Assembly (NCBI GenBank): GCA_964035545.1 | Contig: OZ037766.1 | Location: 17,571,081-17,635,080, forward strand | Direction: 5' to 3' | Origin: Bugula neritina | Taxonomy: Eukaryota; Animalia; Bryozoa | Length of the DNA: 64,000 nt | Part shown: in pieces, positions 23,781 to 50,200 of the stretch | Layout: every line of letters starts with the position of its first letter | How positions within the stretch are numbered: position 1 is the first letter of the stretch | Notes under the pieces: generated by a model | The model's database searches: none | Seen by the model: the letters and a program-made list of their open reading frames with translations, nothing else | Told to the model about the DNA's origin: nothing | Program-made: the position numbers and the translations under genes

Positions 23781-26700
23781 TAGTCTAGAAGTAACCCCCA
23801 ATTATCTTTCACTCATTACACTCCCTGAGGTGTCCACACAATTCATTTTTTTAGAAATTGAGATTTTTAAGGGTCCTAATTAATCTGTAAAAACTCTAGA
23901 GTCTAAACTGTTCTGTGCCCCCAGTTAGTCACAAAAGCTCCTCAAACTTTTGAAATAAATTAGGAGTTGTCTTTTCCTAATTTTTGTCTTAATTAGTTAA
24001 GTATCTTAGAACTATTAAAACTAATTTAATTAATATATACGTAAAAATTTGCAGATGACCATAGGTTGTTTCTCACTTTTGTTGTAGAAACTCTAGACTG
24101 TTGTGTCCACCCAGTTAGTCACAAAAGCTCTTCAAACTTCGAAAGAGTTGTTTCCCTTAATTTTGTATAAACTGGTTGAACATCTTGAAATTATTAAAGC
24201 TAATGATTTTAAATATTGTATTTAATTTTACAAAAAAAGTAATGAGAAGCATGAGCAGGTTAGTCTGGCTCCTAGAGGATATTTTAGATTTGTACAATGA
24301 AGCTTCACTAACAAATTTAAATTGAACTATATAATATATAAGCAATGTTTTTAAAACAATGCTGTTGGTTAAAATGCATACTTTTTATACTGTTTTAATG
24401 ATGACTTTTGAGTCTAAATTTATTTAGTTCAGTTATATTCATAAAGGAAATACCCTAAAAGCCTAAAGCTTGGCTATAATTGAAAATATATAATATAGAA
24501 AAAAGATCTGGTGGTGCCTTATTCAAAGATCATGGGCAAGTACTTCTATGCGTGTCATGTGTCACAAAAAAGAATAATTTCTCACAAGAAAACTAGGACA
24601 AGCTGTTCTAGAATCTAGACTGATTGACTAAACCAGAAAAACTAACACCAGGTATCATCCTAAGTCTGAGCAAGTTAATTAGCACAGACCCAACACATTT
24701 AAGGTAAGGGGTCACCTAGGCATGTGTTGCTGTTATAAAAATATCTCTATCCAATTTTAGGCAACATTTTTGCTATCACATTAGAAAGTATGGAAGAAAC
24801 TTAGATGATAGAAATGAAAATACGAGTCCAATGAAAATTTCCCTGCCAAACACTTATTATGAGCATTGCTATAACTATAGTCAACTCATGATAAAAATAA
24901 CTCCCATCATGATTACCCACTTCCAATTCCATTAAAATCACTCTGTACTTGAAGACCAATTTAGAATTAAATCTGGTAGGCTCATAACACCTACTTGATA
25001 TGTTAAACTCAATCTTATACTATGTATAAGAACCTTATGAACCTATATGTGCTCCCACGAATGCTATTGAAAAAGAATTGACTGCAGACTGCTATGCTTC
25101 CCACATTTCCTTGCATAACAACCTACTATTATCTTTGATAAAATGGCAAAACTTCAAAAGGTGAAAGCTGTTCCTACATTTGGTTTGCATGCTGATACAT
25201 TCCTTACATAAATTATTGTAACTGCACATTCCTATTCTTCATGCAGGATTAATCTTTTCTGTTACCTATCTAGAAGCCAGTTTTAATAATATGGAGAAAT
25301 CAAGGCATGCTATGATATGTGGTCATGGAAGAGCTGCTTTTGGTTCAAATAAAAAATTTACGATCAACTTTTGAAATTTTCCAACAATTAGCAACAAGAA
25401 AAATTATGGTGAATTTTTTGTGAAAAATAGTGTTAATAAAGGCTAATAGAGGGATATTATATATTTGTTGGGTTCAAGGAAAACTGCATTCAGCTAGAAC
25501 TTTCAAAACATGCGGTGGAGTTCATAAGAAAATGGGAGTATAGTGTGATGAGACACATGCCTACACGCATGATCTTACATGCAAAATATTATGTCCTGAA
25601 GAATGTTCTCTCAATCAAGTGTATAATATAAAGTGACAATATTTGCAATATATTACCATTTGAAAATTTATATCCATTCACAGAACAAGATGATCATGTA
25701 TGAGACATTTAGATGTCAATTCTGTTGCAAATGAATTTGAATATAAGTTGTGTGCAGTGCAGCACTTTCTGGCTTTCATGCTCTACCAGGTTGTGATATA
25801 ATTAGCATTTTTATGGAAAAAGAAAGTAACCAATTTACTCCTTCATGAAAAAAACATTTAGAATGTGCTGAAAGCTTTGAACAGCTTGAAAAGTATACCT
25901 CATGTCACCATTGCAACTACATAAACAGAAAAGTTTGTAAATAAGCATAGATGATGTTTGGTATGTTGTATTTTGTTTTCCAACAAAGATGGCTCAATAA
26001 AATTTGCAGCTTTTCCTACAAAAAAATGAACTTATGCTGTGTGTAAAATATTTATCAGACAGCCACCTAAAGAAGGGCAAAAATTGCCTTTGTCAATGCT
26101 CCACTTCCAGAATATTATGGGTAGACATTGTTGAAAATGGCAGCATCACTATAACATGACTGACTCAACACACCCTTGTGCTCAAAAATGCATTGAAAAG
26201 CATATTATAATGCTGCTGTAAAACAAGTTGCAAGATGCCTTAATTTGAATGTGAGAGATATCAAATGTAGTGCAATGGTGTATGTCAATGCAAAGATTGT
26301 CTAAACAGAAGATACTCTGAAGAAAGTTACGCAAATGAAATGAATGGCAGTAATAATGATGACAAAAAAACTTTATACAATGAAGCACTACCTTTAAATA
26401 TTTGTTATACAATTTGGTTCAAACAAGAAATTTTACATTATATGTTTTAATCATCCCGGTATTTTTATGATTTTAAAATACATTTACAGAACCTTGCTCC
26501 TTTTTTTACAGACATTTAGTGATTATCACCAAATCAATAGAAGACTCATTTAGTCGTTGCTCAAAAGATTTCAACGTGCATCAATAATATTTATTTTTTA
26601 AACACTCAATTCTTTGATACATCAGCATAAAAATCTTTCAATCTTGCATAACAAACTTCTTTTATACACTTATTATGTATGCTTCTTCCAAATGTGAATT

Positions 26701-27085
26701 GTTATTCATATAGCAAACATGCCTTTCTATTGACAACTTGGTTTTGAATAAAAATAGTGTTTTAAAATTTATAGATTCAGAATCAATGTAGAATTTTAAA
26801 GAAGAAACAATCAATTTTGGTTTCTCACCAAATATTGTTGTTGATAGACAGCTAGTTAACAGTGGATGCTATATTTCACAACCAGAGTTTATTTTTATCA
26901 CCCATCCAAGATGACGATTTGTTTTGTGCAATAACTTAAACTTGGGTAGAGATAGGATTCTCAAGTTTGTAAATTCAAAATCAGTACAAAATTTTGATAT
27001 AGAAAATAACTTTTTTGAGTTGCCACCTAGTGAAGTGTAATAAGTTGAGTTTTTGAGGTCTTTTTGAGAGGTTACCTCTAGGCTA
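23781..27085 (+). mobile_element. Degraded Academ-like DNA transposon, family A copy 1
   Basis: TAG...CTA termini (TAGTCTAGAAGTAACC / GGTTACCTCTAGGCTA) with flanks AAT/GAT. Decayed plus-strand XPG-like motif ALSGFHALPGCD...FYGKRK (about 25760-25825) and Cys cluster CCCKTSCK...C...CNGVCQCKDCLN (about 26210-26306). Many stops and frameshifts. Confidence 0.72.
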
Positions 27086-27269
27086 GATGTTATGCAATGG
27101 TATGTGATAAGCTGCTGCTGGCTTGTAATGTATTATATTGTTGATTATATAGGTGTAACTAGCCAACTACTAGGAATATAAATGATAAAAACACCATGGA
27201 ATCTAACAGCTAACTGACTGCTCCTTTTTACTATCCCAAACCCATGGAGCACCTTGCTTTGTTCGATCT

Positions 27270-27680
27270 CTCAGTGGGGCTGTAATTTCTGCAAAATTTG
27301 GGCAATACTGTGCTAAATATACCTAGCAATCTGCGCTAACTCTTCTACATTTTGTGGCAAAAGCATTCCGGCTATAGATTTTAATTGGAGGAGCTTTGAA
27401 GAAACCTTGTCCAATTATGTGACCTAGATACTTGAGCTCAGGCTTCTCAAAACTACATTTAGCTAATTTAAGCTAACTTGCTGGCATCTCACCAGCACTT
27501 TACGCGGATTAACATCATGCTCTACCTTTGTAGGAGCATGTATCAATAGATCATCGACAAAAGCATCAACTCCATCTGAAAACATTCGGCTTACTGTGCT
27601 ATGAAATACTTCAGGTGCTGAACTTATACCAAAAATCTATATCGGCCAAATGGAGTAGCAAATGTTGCGAGATCAACAAT
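27270..27680 (-). mobile_element. Ty3/Gypsy reverse transcriptase fragment (pseudogenised)
   Basis: Minus-strand translation ATFATPFGRY...GISSAPEVFH...DGVDAFVDDLLIHAPTKVEHD...KLNLAKCSFEKPELKYLGHIIG, with deletions and frameshifts; no LTRs seen. Confidence 0.82.
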
Positions 27681-28355
27681 GTAATATATTGCAAGTCAGC
27701 ACAATTTTGTCACATACCATCATAACATATTCTGATCAATTTTCCGAAGGACAACTAAAGTATGTTTTTTTACTAACATGAACTTAGGCTACCACCATTA
27801 AAAGTTTACTTGTTGGTCTTCAAAAGTGTTTGGGTTTCTATATCAGTTAAAAGTTTTTAATGCCCTGCGTTGGGTTTAGAGATACTATTTTATTTTATCT
27901 ATCAGAAAATGATTACAACACAGGGTAGAACATCTTGCTTAATGATTCAATTTACTCACCTTAATTTAACAATAGTATTGATTCACCAAAACAAAATTGC
28001 CCCAGTCACATTTACATAGAAGTGAAATCCTAATTTATGTCAAAAAGAATAAATTTTTGTTGTTTAGCTGATATACCCCCAGCATACTTTCTTTCACTTG
28101 CGTACCACATAACCATAAAACTACAAATGTTGTGTAGATATTGCCTAGTCATCCAGACACATTGCACTGAGTAATACCACTGCTTGTTTGCATTAGCATA
28201 CAGCAAAATAGTACTTTGAACAGACAGTCACAAATTTGCAAGCAGCAAAACTTAGCAGAGCACACCTGTTATACTGGAGGTACTTGCTTCAAAGTCTACA
28301 GCAGTAATCATTCCCTGCGTATGTGTATACATATATATTAATATATATTATATGG

Positions 28356-40576
<12,221 letters not shown>

Positions 40577-40739
40577 GCTTTTGAGTGTTGCTGAATTCTT
40601 GTTTTGGCGAAATTCGAGTTCACGCTCCAGCCATTGAACTTATAGTTTCAGTTCAGTGCCTCCAGCGTCATTACACATCGCCAAATTTGCGCAAGCGTGT
40701 CCTGTGAAATATATGCTGCGTTTCAATTTCCCAATCTGC

Positions 40740-41320
40740 AAACTAGTAGTACTAGTAGTAGCACTAGTAGTACTGCTACTAAGTCTACTTCTGGTACTCA
40801 GTACTGCTACTAACAATAACTCACCTTGATAGTCCTACTAACTGCAACTGAATCACAACTTAGAATCACTATATTACTTGACTTAAATTGTAAAAATCTT
40901 GGTGGCACTGGTACTGGTAGGATTATATAATATTAATATACTCATATTCATATTGATATTGATATTCATATTGAATTTAATTATTATAATAATAATACTA
41001 ACAGTAATAGTAATACTAACAGTAATAGTAATACTGACACTAATAGTATTACTATTAGTAATAGTATTACTGTTAAAAATAGATTAAATATAATCCTACC
41101 ACCAAGTTCACCAAGATTTTACTGAGTAATACGAATAGTAAATGTAATATTATTAGTATTAGTATTACTATTAGTATTACTTTAAGTATTTCTATTAGAT
41201 TTAGTATTAGTACTACTAATAGTAATACTAATACTAATAATAGTAGTAGTAGTAATATTACACTTGCTATTACTATTGTCTATTAGTGTTACTATTAGTA
41301 TTAGTATTACTATAACTTTG
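40740..41320. repeat. Low-complexity (TAG/TAA/TAC)n-rich tract upstream of METAP2
   Basis: actagtagtactagtagtag and aacagtaatagtaatact repeats; similar tract at about 42400-42560. Confidence 0.8.
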
Positions 41321-43009
41321 TAACAAAGGTGTATAATTTTCCTACCACCCTTACTGTTCAATGAAAAGTTCAAGTTAGTTTACTGTAGTATTGTATTATC
41401 CTATTAGTCACTCTAACATATTATAATCTAAATTATATCAAGTTGTTCACTGCTGAAATTGCCCTGGGTAGTCTGATCTCAGAAGGGAGATTGTATAACT
41501 ATTACTACTATTTATCCTTTGTAAGAACAAAAGTAGTTGTAATTAATTACATTACCATTTAATTGTAATCAATTGCATTAATTTTCCACTGTAATTATAA
41601 GTATTTGATGAATTTTCACGTAATTATAATTGTAATTTATTGCATGCATATGTAATTGACCCCAACCCTGTTTCGTACACATCTGATAGGTCGTTTCGTA
41701 CACATCAATATAAATGAACTAAAACACTTGTTTGATGATATTTATTTATTATTTGATGTATGAGTCATACAGTACTGCTTACAAGTGACTTGCACATTTC
41801 TTTTTTCCGCGTGCTTATTTTTATTATTATGAAGTGATAACAATAACATGGGGGAAGACAGAGAAAGCTGGGAAGCAATAAATACGTAAACTAGTATTGT
41901 CCAAGTGATTATTCAGTGGATTGATTTATTATTCATATTGTGTGCGAAATAGACGGCATTTTGTGTAGGAAGCGACCATTTTATATATGAAACGACTGGT
42001 TTACAAACCGACTTCGGACTTGTGTACGAAACAACGGTAACCTGTAATATAAACATAAATATCACCAATATAAATAAATTTGTAATAATGAATATAAAAA
42101 ATAGTAATATTACCTTTGTTATGATGATTATGAATAATATTATCATATTGGATTAATCATATTGAATTCCTATCGGGGATAAAACTGAAAGCACAATGAT
42201 AATGAACATAATATTCATTATAATTTTATCACCGATAAGCGATAGGAATGTATTCACTTTCAGTTTCAACATTGGGATTAAGTTTCACTTAGACTTTCAG
42301 ATTGTGATTGTAATTGCTGATTGAGTGATTGTTGTAATTAAACTTCAGCTTGTACTTGCACTGAACTTTAATTTGTAGTTCTGAAAAGTAGAGTTGTAAA
42401 GTTTAACAACTAAGTACTAAAGTAGCAGTGCTACTAGTACTATTTCTTTAGTAGTAATACTAGTACTAGTAGTAGTACTAGTTATACTAGTATAAGTATT
42501 TTACTTCTAGTAGCACTAACAGTAACTGATCTTGATTACTATCAAGTTGATACTCATATTCATAGTGATAGTTATAGCAACTGCGATTGCGTGATGAGTC
42601 ACAAGGTGGAGTTATTATGATACTTAACTTTCAGTTTAAACTGTAAAAGTCTTGGCAGTATGATTATATTATCCTTGTGCCATTATCATTATGATTATCA
42701 TGATCATTGGTAGGAATGCATTCACATTCAGCTTTGGCATTCACTTTTAGTGACTCACATTGATATTCACATTCAGTTTCTCATTATGATTGTTGTTGAT
42801 GATTGAGGGATTGTTGTGCTGGAACTTTAGCTTGTACTGGAATTTAACTTATAGTACTAAAAGTTGAAAAGCTTTGTGGTTTTTGTTTACTGTTTGAATT
42901 TAGTTATACTATTGTTTATCAATTCAAACAGTTGTTTCCGAAACAGTAATTTTATTAATTATATTTACATCCTAAAGGCTAAAAGTAAAAGTCTAAAACT
43001 AAAATTAAT

Positions 43010-43436
43010 TATGGGTCATTTTACTTAATTTAGTACACACTGAAATATCCATTTTTTAGCTATTTCTTACAATTTAGCTGGTAATGAACACGGCTTTTTG
43101 CCCGAAACTAATAAAACACCAATAAATACACCGAAACAATTGAGGCTCTTCTTAATTTTGCTTGATTTTCCATGTTTTTTCTTATATATTTAGCTTATTA
43201 GGAGTGCGGACCGTTACAAAAAAACCGAAACGATCCGCACCCAAAAGTAGCTGAATAATTAGGAAAAAACATGGGAAATGAAGCAAAATTAAAAAGAACT
43301 TAGATTATTTAGGTGTATTTATTGGTGTTTTACTAGTTTTGGCTAAAAAACCCATGTCTATTAGCAGTTAAATTGTGAAAATTAGCTAAAAACTGAAGAT
43401 ATCCAGTGTGTACTAAATTAAGTAAAATGACCCATA
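43010..43436. mobile_element. Fold-back MITE (about 425 bp, nearly fully palindromic)
   Basis: Ends TATGGGTCATTTTACTTAATTTAGTACACACTG / CAGTGTGTACTAAATTAAGTAAAATGACCCATA; imperfect pairing continues about 200 bp to the centre GTGCGGACCGTT...AACGATCCGCAC. A related single arm lies at about 45719-45898. TSD is ambiguous (AT or TA). Confidence 0.8.
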
Positions 43437-44247
43437 TTCATACCCAATAGTAATACTTATACTACTTAGGTTTATAAAGTTAGACCCACTAATAGTAATA
43501 GCTATAGATTTAGAATAAATATAATACAAATATTTATAGTCACTAACCCTAACTCTAAGCCATTACGGGATTTAGTAAATCTTAGTCTCAATCATTAGAC
43601 TAAAGTGCTAAGAAATAGATAAGTAAATTAGTAACTTACACTTACAGAGTTACAATCACGAGTGAGCCTTTTCCACTACAGGCTATGACATAGAAATATT
43701 ACTGGTACTGCTAGTGTTATTGTCGCTATACTATATTTTTTAAGATTTACTAAGATTAGAGTTTAAAAATCCAATAAGAACAGGCTCAGTTGAAGTTGCA
43801 GTAACCCAATTCAACCCTAATATGTTAGTAATAATACTTAATCTAATACAGCAATGGTTTTTGTTAATATTAATATAAATTGAATAAGTGTAACCATTTA
43901 ACTTAAACTTGAAGTTGACCTTGAACTTAACAAACAAAGTAGTAAAAAAGTAGATGGATTAGAAAAGTATATTATTACTACAGCGATTGTTTTTATCTCA
44001 TCAACTTTACATATCTAATATAGTGTACGAGTCTGTAGCTAGAAAACTAATCGTAATATAGGCAGCTCTTACTAATTATTGTCACATCTTTCTTTTAATA
44101 ATTATGTTATGTTTTATGGGGTTGATTAACTTTTTAATAATTATTATAACTATTTAAGCTAGATTTGAAGTTAGAAGTATAAAGATATACTCTTTGTAGT
44201 GATGAACTCTGTAACTTTACCAGCCAACTAGTCTAAAAGTATTCATC

Positions 44248-47200
44248 ATGTTCAAGAAGTTTACTGGAATTCTCAACAGTGCTGTTGAAGCTGTAAGTGC
44301 ATGTTAAAAAACTCTAGTCCTTTTAAATTTAAATAGTGCCCACAACTGCCAATTGCTCTGCTCTTGACTGTGTGGTTAATTTTAAATGCTGGCATATAAA
44401 GTAAGTGCTCAGTTATTTTATGCTATTTTTGTAATGATAACTTGCATTGCTTATCCTTGCTGCATGCTTTTTTCCTGAATATGATTTAGCTTCACTGTTT
44501 GCTTTATAGAAACCACTAAAGGTAATTTTTTATTTAAAAAAACTCACCTTAGGCATCACACTCCAATCCTACCCAAACCTTGTTTTACAATTTCTATTGA
44601 GTGCACACACCTGTGGTACATGCACTTCCAACTTTGTTTATCATATTACCCTGTGCTATACTTCTAACCATGTTTACAATTCTCCCTATTTCTTATTTCT
44701 GCCATACATAAATTCATGACTAGATTATGAAAGCATTGAAAAGGTTATGCATTCAAAGCATGGTTATTCTTTATATTTTGTGTTGTTTCATAGTTATTAG
44801 CTGTCAGCATGTACCAGATTGTCAGCTTTAAGCATGTACGATTGTGCTAATACCAATGTGGCACATGTTTATTTATAATTTACACATCTTTACGTTATCC
44901 TTTTGATTTATCCAACTTCTTATCTTTCAGTACATGCCATAACTTGTTATTTAATGAAATAGTTTAGTTTAACTTAAAGGCTATATGCTCTGTAGTAGTA
45001 GGTACACTTTCTTTGACAAATTTTCTTTTTCATATGTTCACGCACATTGAGATAGCATAAAATGTATTATTTTACAATTGATAACTCTTCACTTTAAATT
45101 GATATAAAATAGGACTGCAGGGCACCACACTATGTATTTTGCTTCTAGTTTGGCAGAACTGAGACTTAGGTTCGCAATCTCGGATAAAGTTTTTTTCTCC
45201 TGGTTATTTATCTTGAGGGTCCGGGTAAATGCTTCCAGGTGGGTGTGGACCTGTCACCCTTGAGCATTTCGAAAAATCCAAGATGGCCGCCAATTTTGAA
45301 AAATCCATATATAGTTGGTATGAAATCTATATTATGTTGAAATTTTAAATTTTTTGGTGATTCAAATGGAGAAAATACATTTTTGGAATGTATATATGTC
45401 ATGCAAATGAAGAGGAATCAATGTAAAGAGCTAAGGGACATGTTGCTCAGCTCAAAAGTCGAAATTTGTTCAATGAAACATCATATATGATGCAGAGAAG
45501 GGATAAAAAGTTTTTGAAACTGTTGGGACAGATGTATAAATAAAAACATTGCTTATTGCCAGTGAAGAGAAAGTGAAGAAAGGATACAGAGGTATATTGC
45601 TCAGCTAAAGTTAAAATAGAACATATATATAATCATACAGATGCACCAAACTTTCTCGGCGTCATTGTGATCATACGAGCTAATATATACGGTCCATATA
45701 ATATATCAATGTACTAATAAATTAGGAAAAAACATAGAAGACCTATCATGCAAAATTGGAAAAGCCTCAATTATTCAGTTGTGTTTGTTAAAATTTTAGT
45801 AGTTTATGGCAAAAATCTGTATACAATAGCAGCTAAATTGTAAAAGTTGCCAAAAAATTGAGTCATCGAGTGTACACCAAATTGAGTAAAATGACCCACT
45901 TCATAATGCTGTCTGGTGTAAGCACAACATCATTTCCTACTCCTTTTGGGAAAAGAAACTGTATTAGATCCCCTTTCACCCACCAATGTTCTGGTGGGTT
46001 TAAGGCTGCAGTTTCATAGGTGTGCTCCGGTGACATTGTTGAATAGCCTCATCTGTGGCAGGCAAAGTACATAAGTTAAAGGCACGTTGCAAATAGCATT
46101 GCTGTCCTTGGTTTTCTGAGCCTTTTGTCTTGTAAATGACATGGAGCAGCACTTTGCATTACCATAGCAACATAGCATAAACTTGGTTGCTTCCGAATAG
46201 TAATCCTGAAAAAAGCACTAGTGTCACCAAACGTTCTCAAATCATACTTTCCTTCTTCCATGACATTTAGTATGGCTTCCTTTCCAATATTTTACACTGT
46301 TGCTACTGTATCACACTCTGAGAGGCCATGGGATGGCAGCAAATTGTCCATCATAGAGACTTGGTCTCAGACTTTTCCACCTAGTACGCCATGGTTTAGG
46401 ATGGGTGGCGGTTTTGCAGGGCAACAAGTACTATTAGAGAATGTCATTTGATTCTGTTGTCAACATCTTCCTCTGAGAAGACTCATTTTAGCATGCCATC
46501 CTTCACTGTATTCATTCACATTTACTTTAGCCTCCCTCTTTTTCTCTTTCCCTGTATCATCATCTCAGTCACCATTCTAATATTTTCCTCCCTATCTCTT
46601 CTGCGTACATGCCCATACCATTGAAGAGTTCTCCTCCTCATGCCGTTTGTGGTGGCTGTTATTTTGGCCTCCTCTCTTATATTTTCATATGTTACATGGT
46701 CTTCTCAGTCTATATTGCATATGTGTCAAAGCATTCTCATCTAAGTTGCACTGAGCTTGTCCTCTTGTCTTTGAACAGTCAGTGGTCATATCTGATTTCC
46801 ATACATCAGTGCAGTTTTTATTGTCGTATTCTATAACAGAACCTCTAGCTTGGTGGGAATTTTCTAATCTTCTTGTTGCGGACTGTTCTGGAAACTCAAT
46901 TTTCACAGATTTTTTAAGAATTGACTTGGTCTTAGCATCTCTTGTTTTCCCTGCCTCTTTGAATGTAAAAGGTGGCAATGCTGCAAGTTTATGAGCCATT
47001 AAAGAGTCTGCGTCGAAATTCATAGTCTGCTTGAGTACAATGGCTTGGGCATATGTGACTTCAGTATCATACACTGTGGTATAAAAGACCTTGATGTGCT
47101 TTTGAGATGATATCATTGTCTTCATTTGAGATGACAAGGATTTATTTAACCCCTCTGGCTAGCTCACTTTAAGTTCTTGTATAGATGCTTTACCTATAGC

Positions 47201-50200
47201 AAAAATATTATCAATAACAAATGCTGAATAACTGATGACCTTCTCTGTTTCAATTTTGACAAAAGCAACCGAGTGGCATCTTTCTTTGAATAGATCACTG
47301 CAGAGTTCAATCTTCTTTTTGACACACTCCCTGTCTTTTGAATCAGATTGGATTCTTGATTGCATCTCATCCTTATGAGTAGTGGAAGCATTTATTTCAG
47401 ACTTATCTGTGATGTCACTGAGGCCTTACTGTATCTTGTTGCATGCAAAAGTGCTGTATACCCACACCTTGAAAGTTTTAGGTTTAGTGGTGATGCCAAT
47501 GACTCCCCTTCCCCCTTGCTGTGACCAAATCTCATGAAGGTCACCTCAATCGCCATGTCTGACCAGATGCCGTCAAGCTGGTCGTGTTTATGATGCATTG
47601 TGTGGTTACCAGCTGCAAATTCAATCCTTGCATCTAGTGGCATGACCTCCATGCTATACAGATAGTACATTTCTTCTTCCATGGCTAGGTGTAAGGCCCA
47701 GTCTCTTTCTCTATCAGCTATGATGTGGATGTAGATTGGTCTAATAAAGCACATGACCGACAGTTTTGCTGTTCTTGAGCTCTCTGAAATCTTAGTCAAC
47801 ATCTTTTCAAGGTCCTACATGCTAGTGATTACACTTTCATCAAAGATTGGCTTCAAAAGCTCTCCCACCAATATTATCAGACCTTGTACATTCTGGGGAA
47901 ACCTTTTCTATTTAGCATTTTGGGGAAACCACCAAGAGTAGAATTAACTACTTCTACCAAATTGGTTTCAGCCATTAGTGTTCTAGTGCACCCAGCCTAT
48001 TTAGCTCATTAAAAGAGGAGGAATTAATAGTAAACGTTTATAAAAGGGGATTGGTATGAAAAAGGTAGGGAACCACTGTTTAAATAAATGTATTACTTTC
48101 CCTAGCATGAAATAGATTCTCATTCATAAAAAACTGTATACAAATGTTTTTAGAGAAACATTCAAATGTGCTGATTGTAGAAGTAGTTTTCGAAAGCAAA
48201 AATGTCAATATTTAGATAAATGATGTGTCAATAATAAAGCAATTAAATTATGTTAAGAAGCCATGGTGCTGTCTTATCAAGGTTGTTGACTTCTTGACCT
48301 AATTTTAAAATATATAGCTAAAGTTTTAAAACTAAGAATAACTATTAAATTCGCAGCTTAACAAACCTAATTTTGATAGGCATGCTAGTTTGAAATAAAT
48401 TGCTAATTAGCTCATATGCCAATGACTAGCATTTTTAATTTTGCAAAACCCCTTTTAGCTTTATATGGTAAACATATTTGTAATCGGCATATAAAATTGC
48501 CCCATATAGGTAATTTTCAATAATTTTGAACAAAACTGATGCAGAAATGCAAGGAAATTATAAACACAGCAAGGCTAGGTTGAACTTAAAAAATGAATGA
48601 TTAAGGCTTAATTTAGTTACCCTTGGGTATCATTTGCCTATTACTCAATAATAAACATGATAAAGGCACATGCATCTTTATTATATTAATTTCTAAAGAT
48701 TTCAAAGCATTGGAAACTTAAATTTAGTCCTGATGGGTAGGTATATTTGAATTATAAAGTATCGCCTGGTGCCTGGCGGCCATCTTGAATTTCTCGAAAT
48801 GCCCACCTGAAAACATTTACCTAGATCCTATATTTGAATAATCAAGAGAGAAAAAAACTTTATCCGGGATTGTGAACCTAAGTCAAAAATTGGCGTTTTT
48901 CTGCCAGACTATTCCTTTAATAAATCTAACACCTCTCATGGTTTTTGTAGCTGGCACCAAATGCCTCTCCAGTAGACAATTTCACATTCCATTGGAAGGC
49001 TGTCACCAGCTTCTTTATGGAACACAGAGGTAATGTACTGACCTATTCACACAGGTACATAATCACTCTGTTGTATAACATGTACATTCCAATTTAGATA
49101 AACATGCTATACACAGCTTTAATTCAACTATTCTGATTTGTGATCCACTTTTCACTATTATTTGAAAAGTAAGCAACTATGTTAAGTTGGCTAATGTATG
49201 CATTTTGTTAATGTTTTTGTGTGTTGTTTATGTTTTGTGTTTACTTACTTCAATTTCAGATGCCAAAAGTCCTATTGAGGAAACCAACATTCCAACACAT
49301 CTACAGAATATGATTGATATACTGATATATGAAGAGCAGCAAGATGACAGTGGCTCTACTGGCCCTTGCATGGAATACTTGCTTCACCATAAGCTACTTG
49401 AGACACTCTATACTATTGGCAGGGCAGATGTAAGCATTAAATTCTATGGTCTATGGTCTACGCTATCGGCAGAGTAGATGTATATAGCACTTGATGCTAT
49501 TGGTGGAGCTTATTTTCATGCTGTTGTTATACTGCATGTATAATGTATATATTTCTCTCTAGTGCCCTCCTGGGATGAAACAGAAAGTGTTACTTTTCTT
49601 CACAAGTTTGCTTTCCAAGATTAAACAGCCTCTTCTTCCACATGTGAATGTCTTCAAAGCTGTCCATGTAAGTGTGTCTTAGGTTCTGTAGAAGCGGAAG
49701 TATGACAACTACTTCATTTCATCAGTAGACTGGTGTTTTCTTTGTTAGTAGACCATATATTATTTTGCATGATGATTTCTTATAGAAATTAATAAGAGTT
49801 TGTGGGGAAATTAAAGCATCCCCTACTGAAGTGGAGGAAATGCAGTTTCTCTGCACTGTATGTGCTAAACTAAAGGCTCATCCACACGTTGTTAACTTCT
49901 TTTTGGAGGTTTGTTGTTATATCATAAATGTTAGATTTTAATTTGCTTTACCTATAAATATTTTATTTTAGAGTTTGGTTGTTTTTATAGATTTATTGTT
50001 GCCTACAGTCGAAGTAGAGTTTGTAGTCTATCACCGATAATAGCAACACTTGATTTGCTATTAATAGGAAATCTCCTTCAGCAATGCACAGTATTTACCA
50101 TAATTCTCACTGGGCAATACCCTTTTACCTTATAGTTGGTGTTCATGAAAAATGTACTACTGTATATGTACCATTCTTTCAATTCACTAATAATTTGTAT

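Noticed and set aside
41530-42045. Two abutting MITE-like remnants (GTAATT-rich end GACCCCAACCCTG; TTTCGTACACA / TGTACGAAAC inverted motifs)
   Set aside because: Probably transposon debris, but paired termini and TSDs could not be established.
40899-42146. Hydrophobic ORFs (40899-41087, 41182-41373, 41913-42146; likewise 5961-6164) resembling small membrane proteins
   Set aside because: They are translations of ATT/AGT/ACT low-complexity tracts with no splice or homology support.
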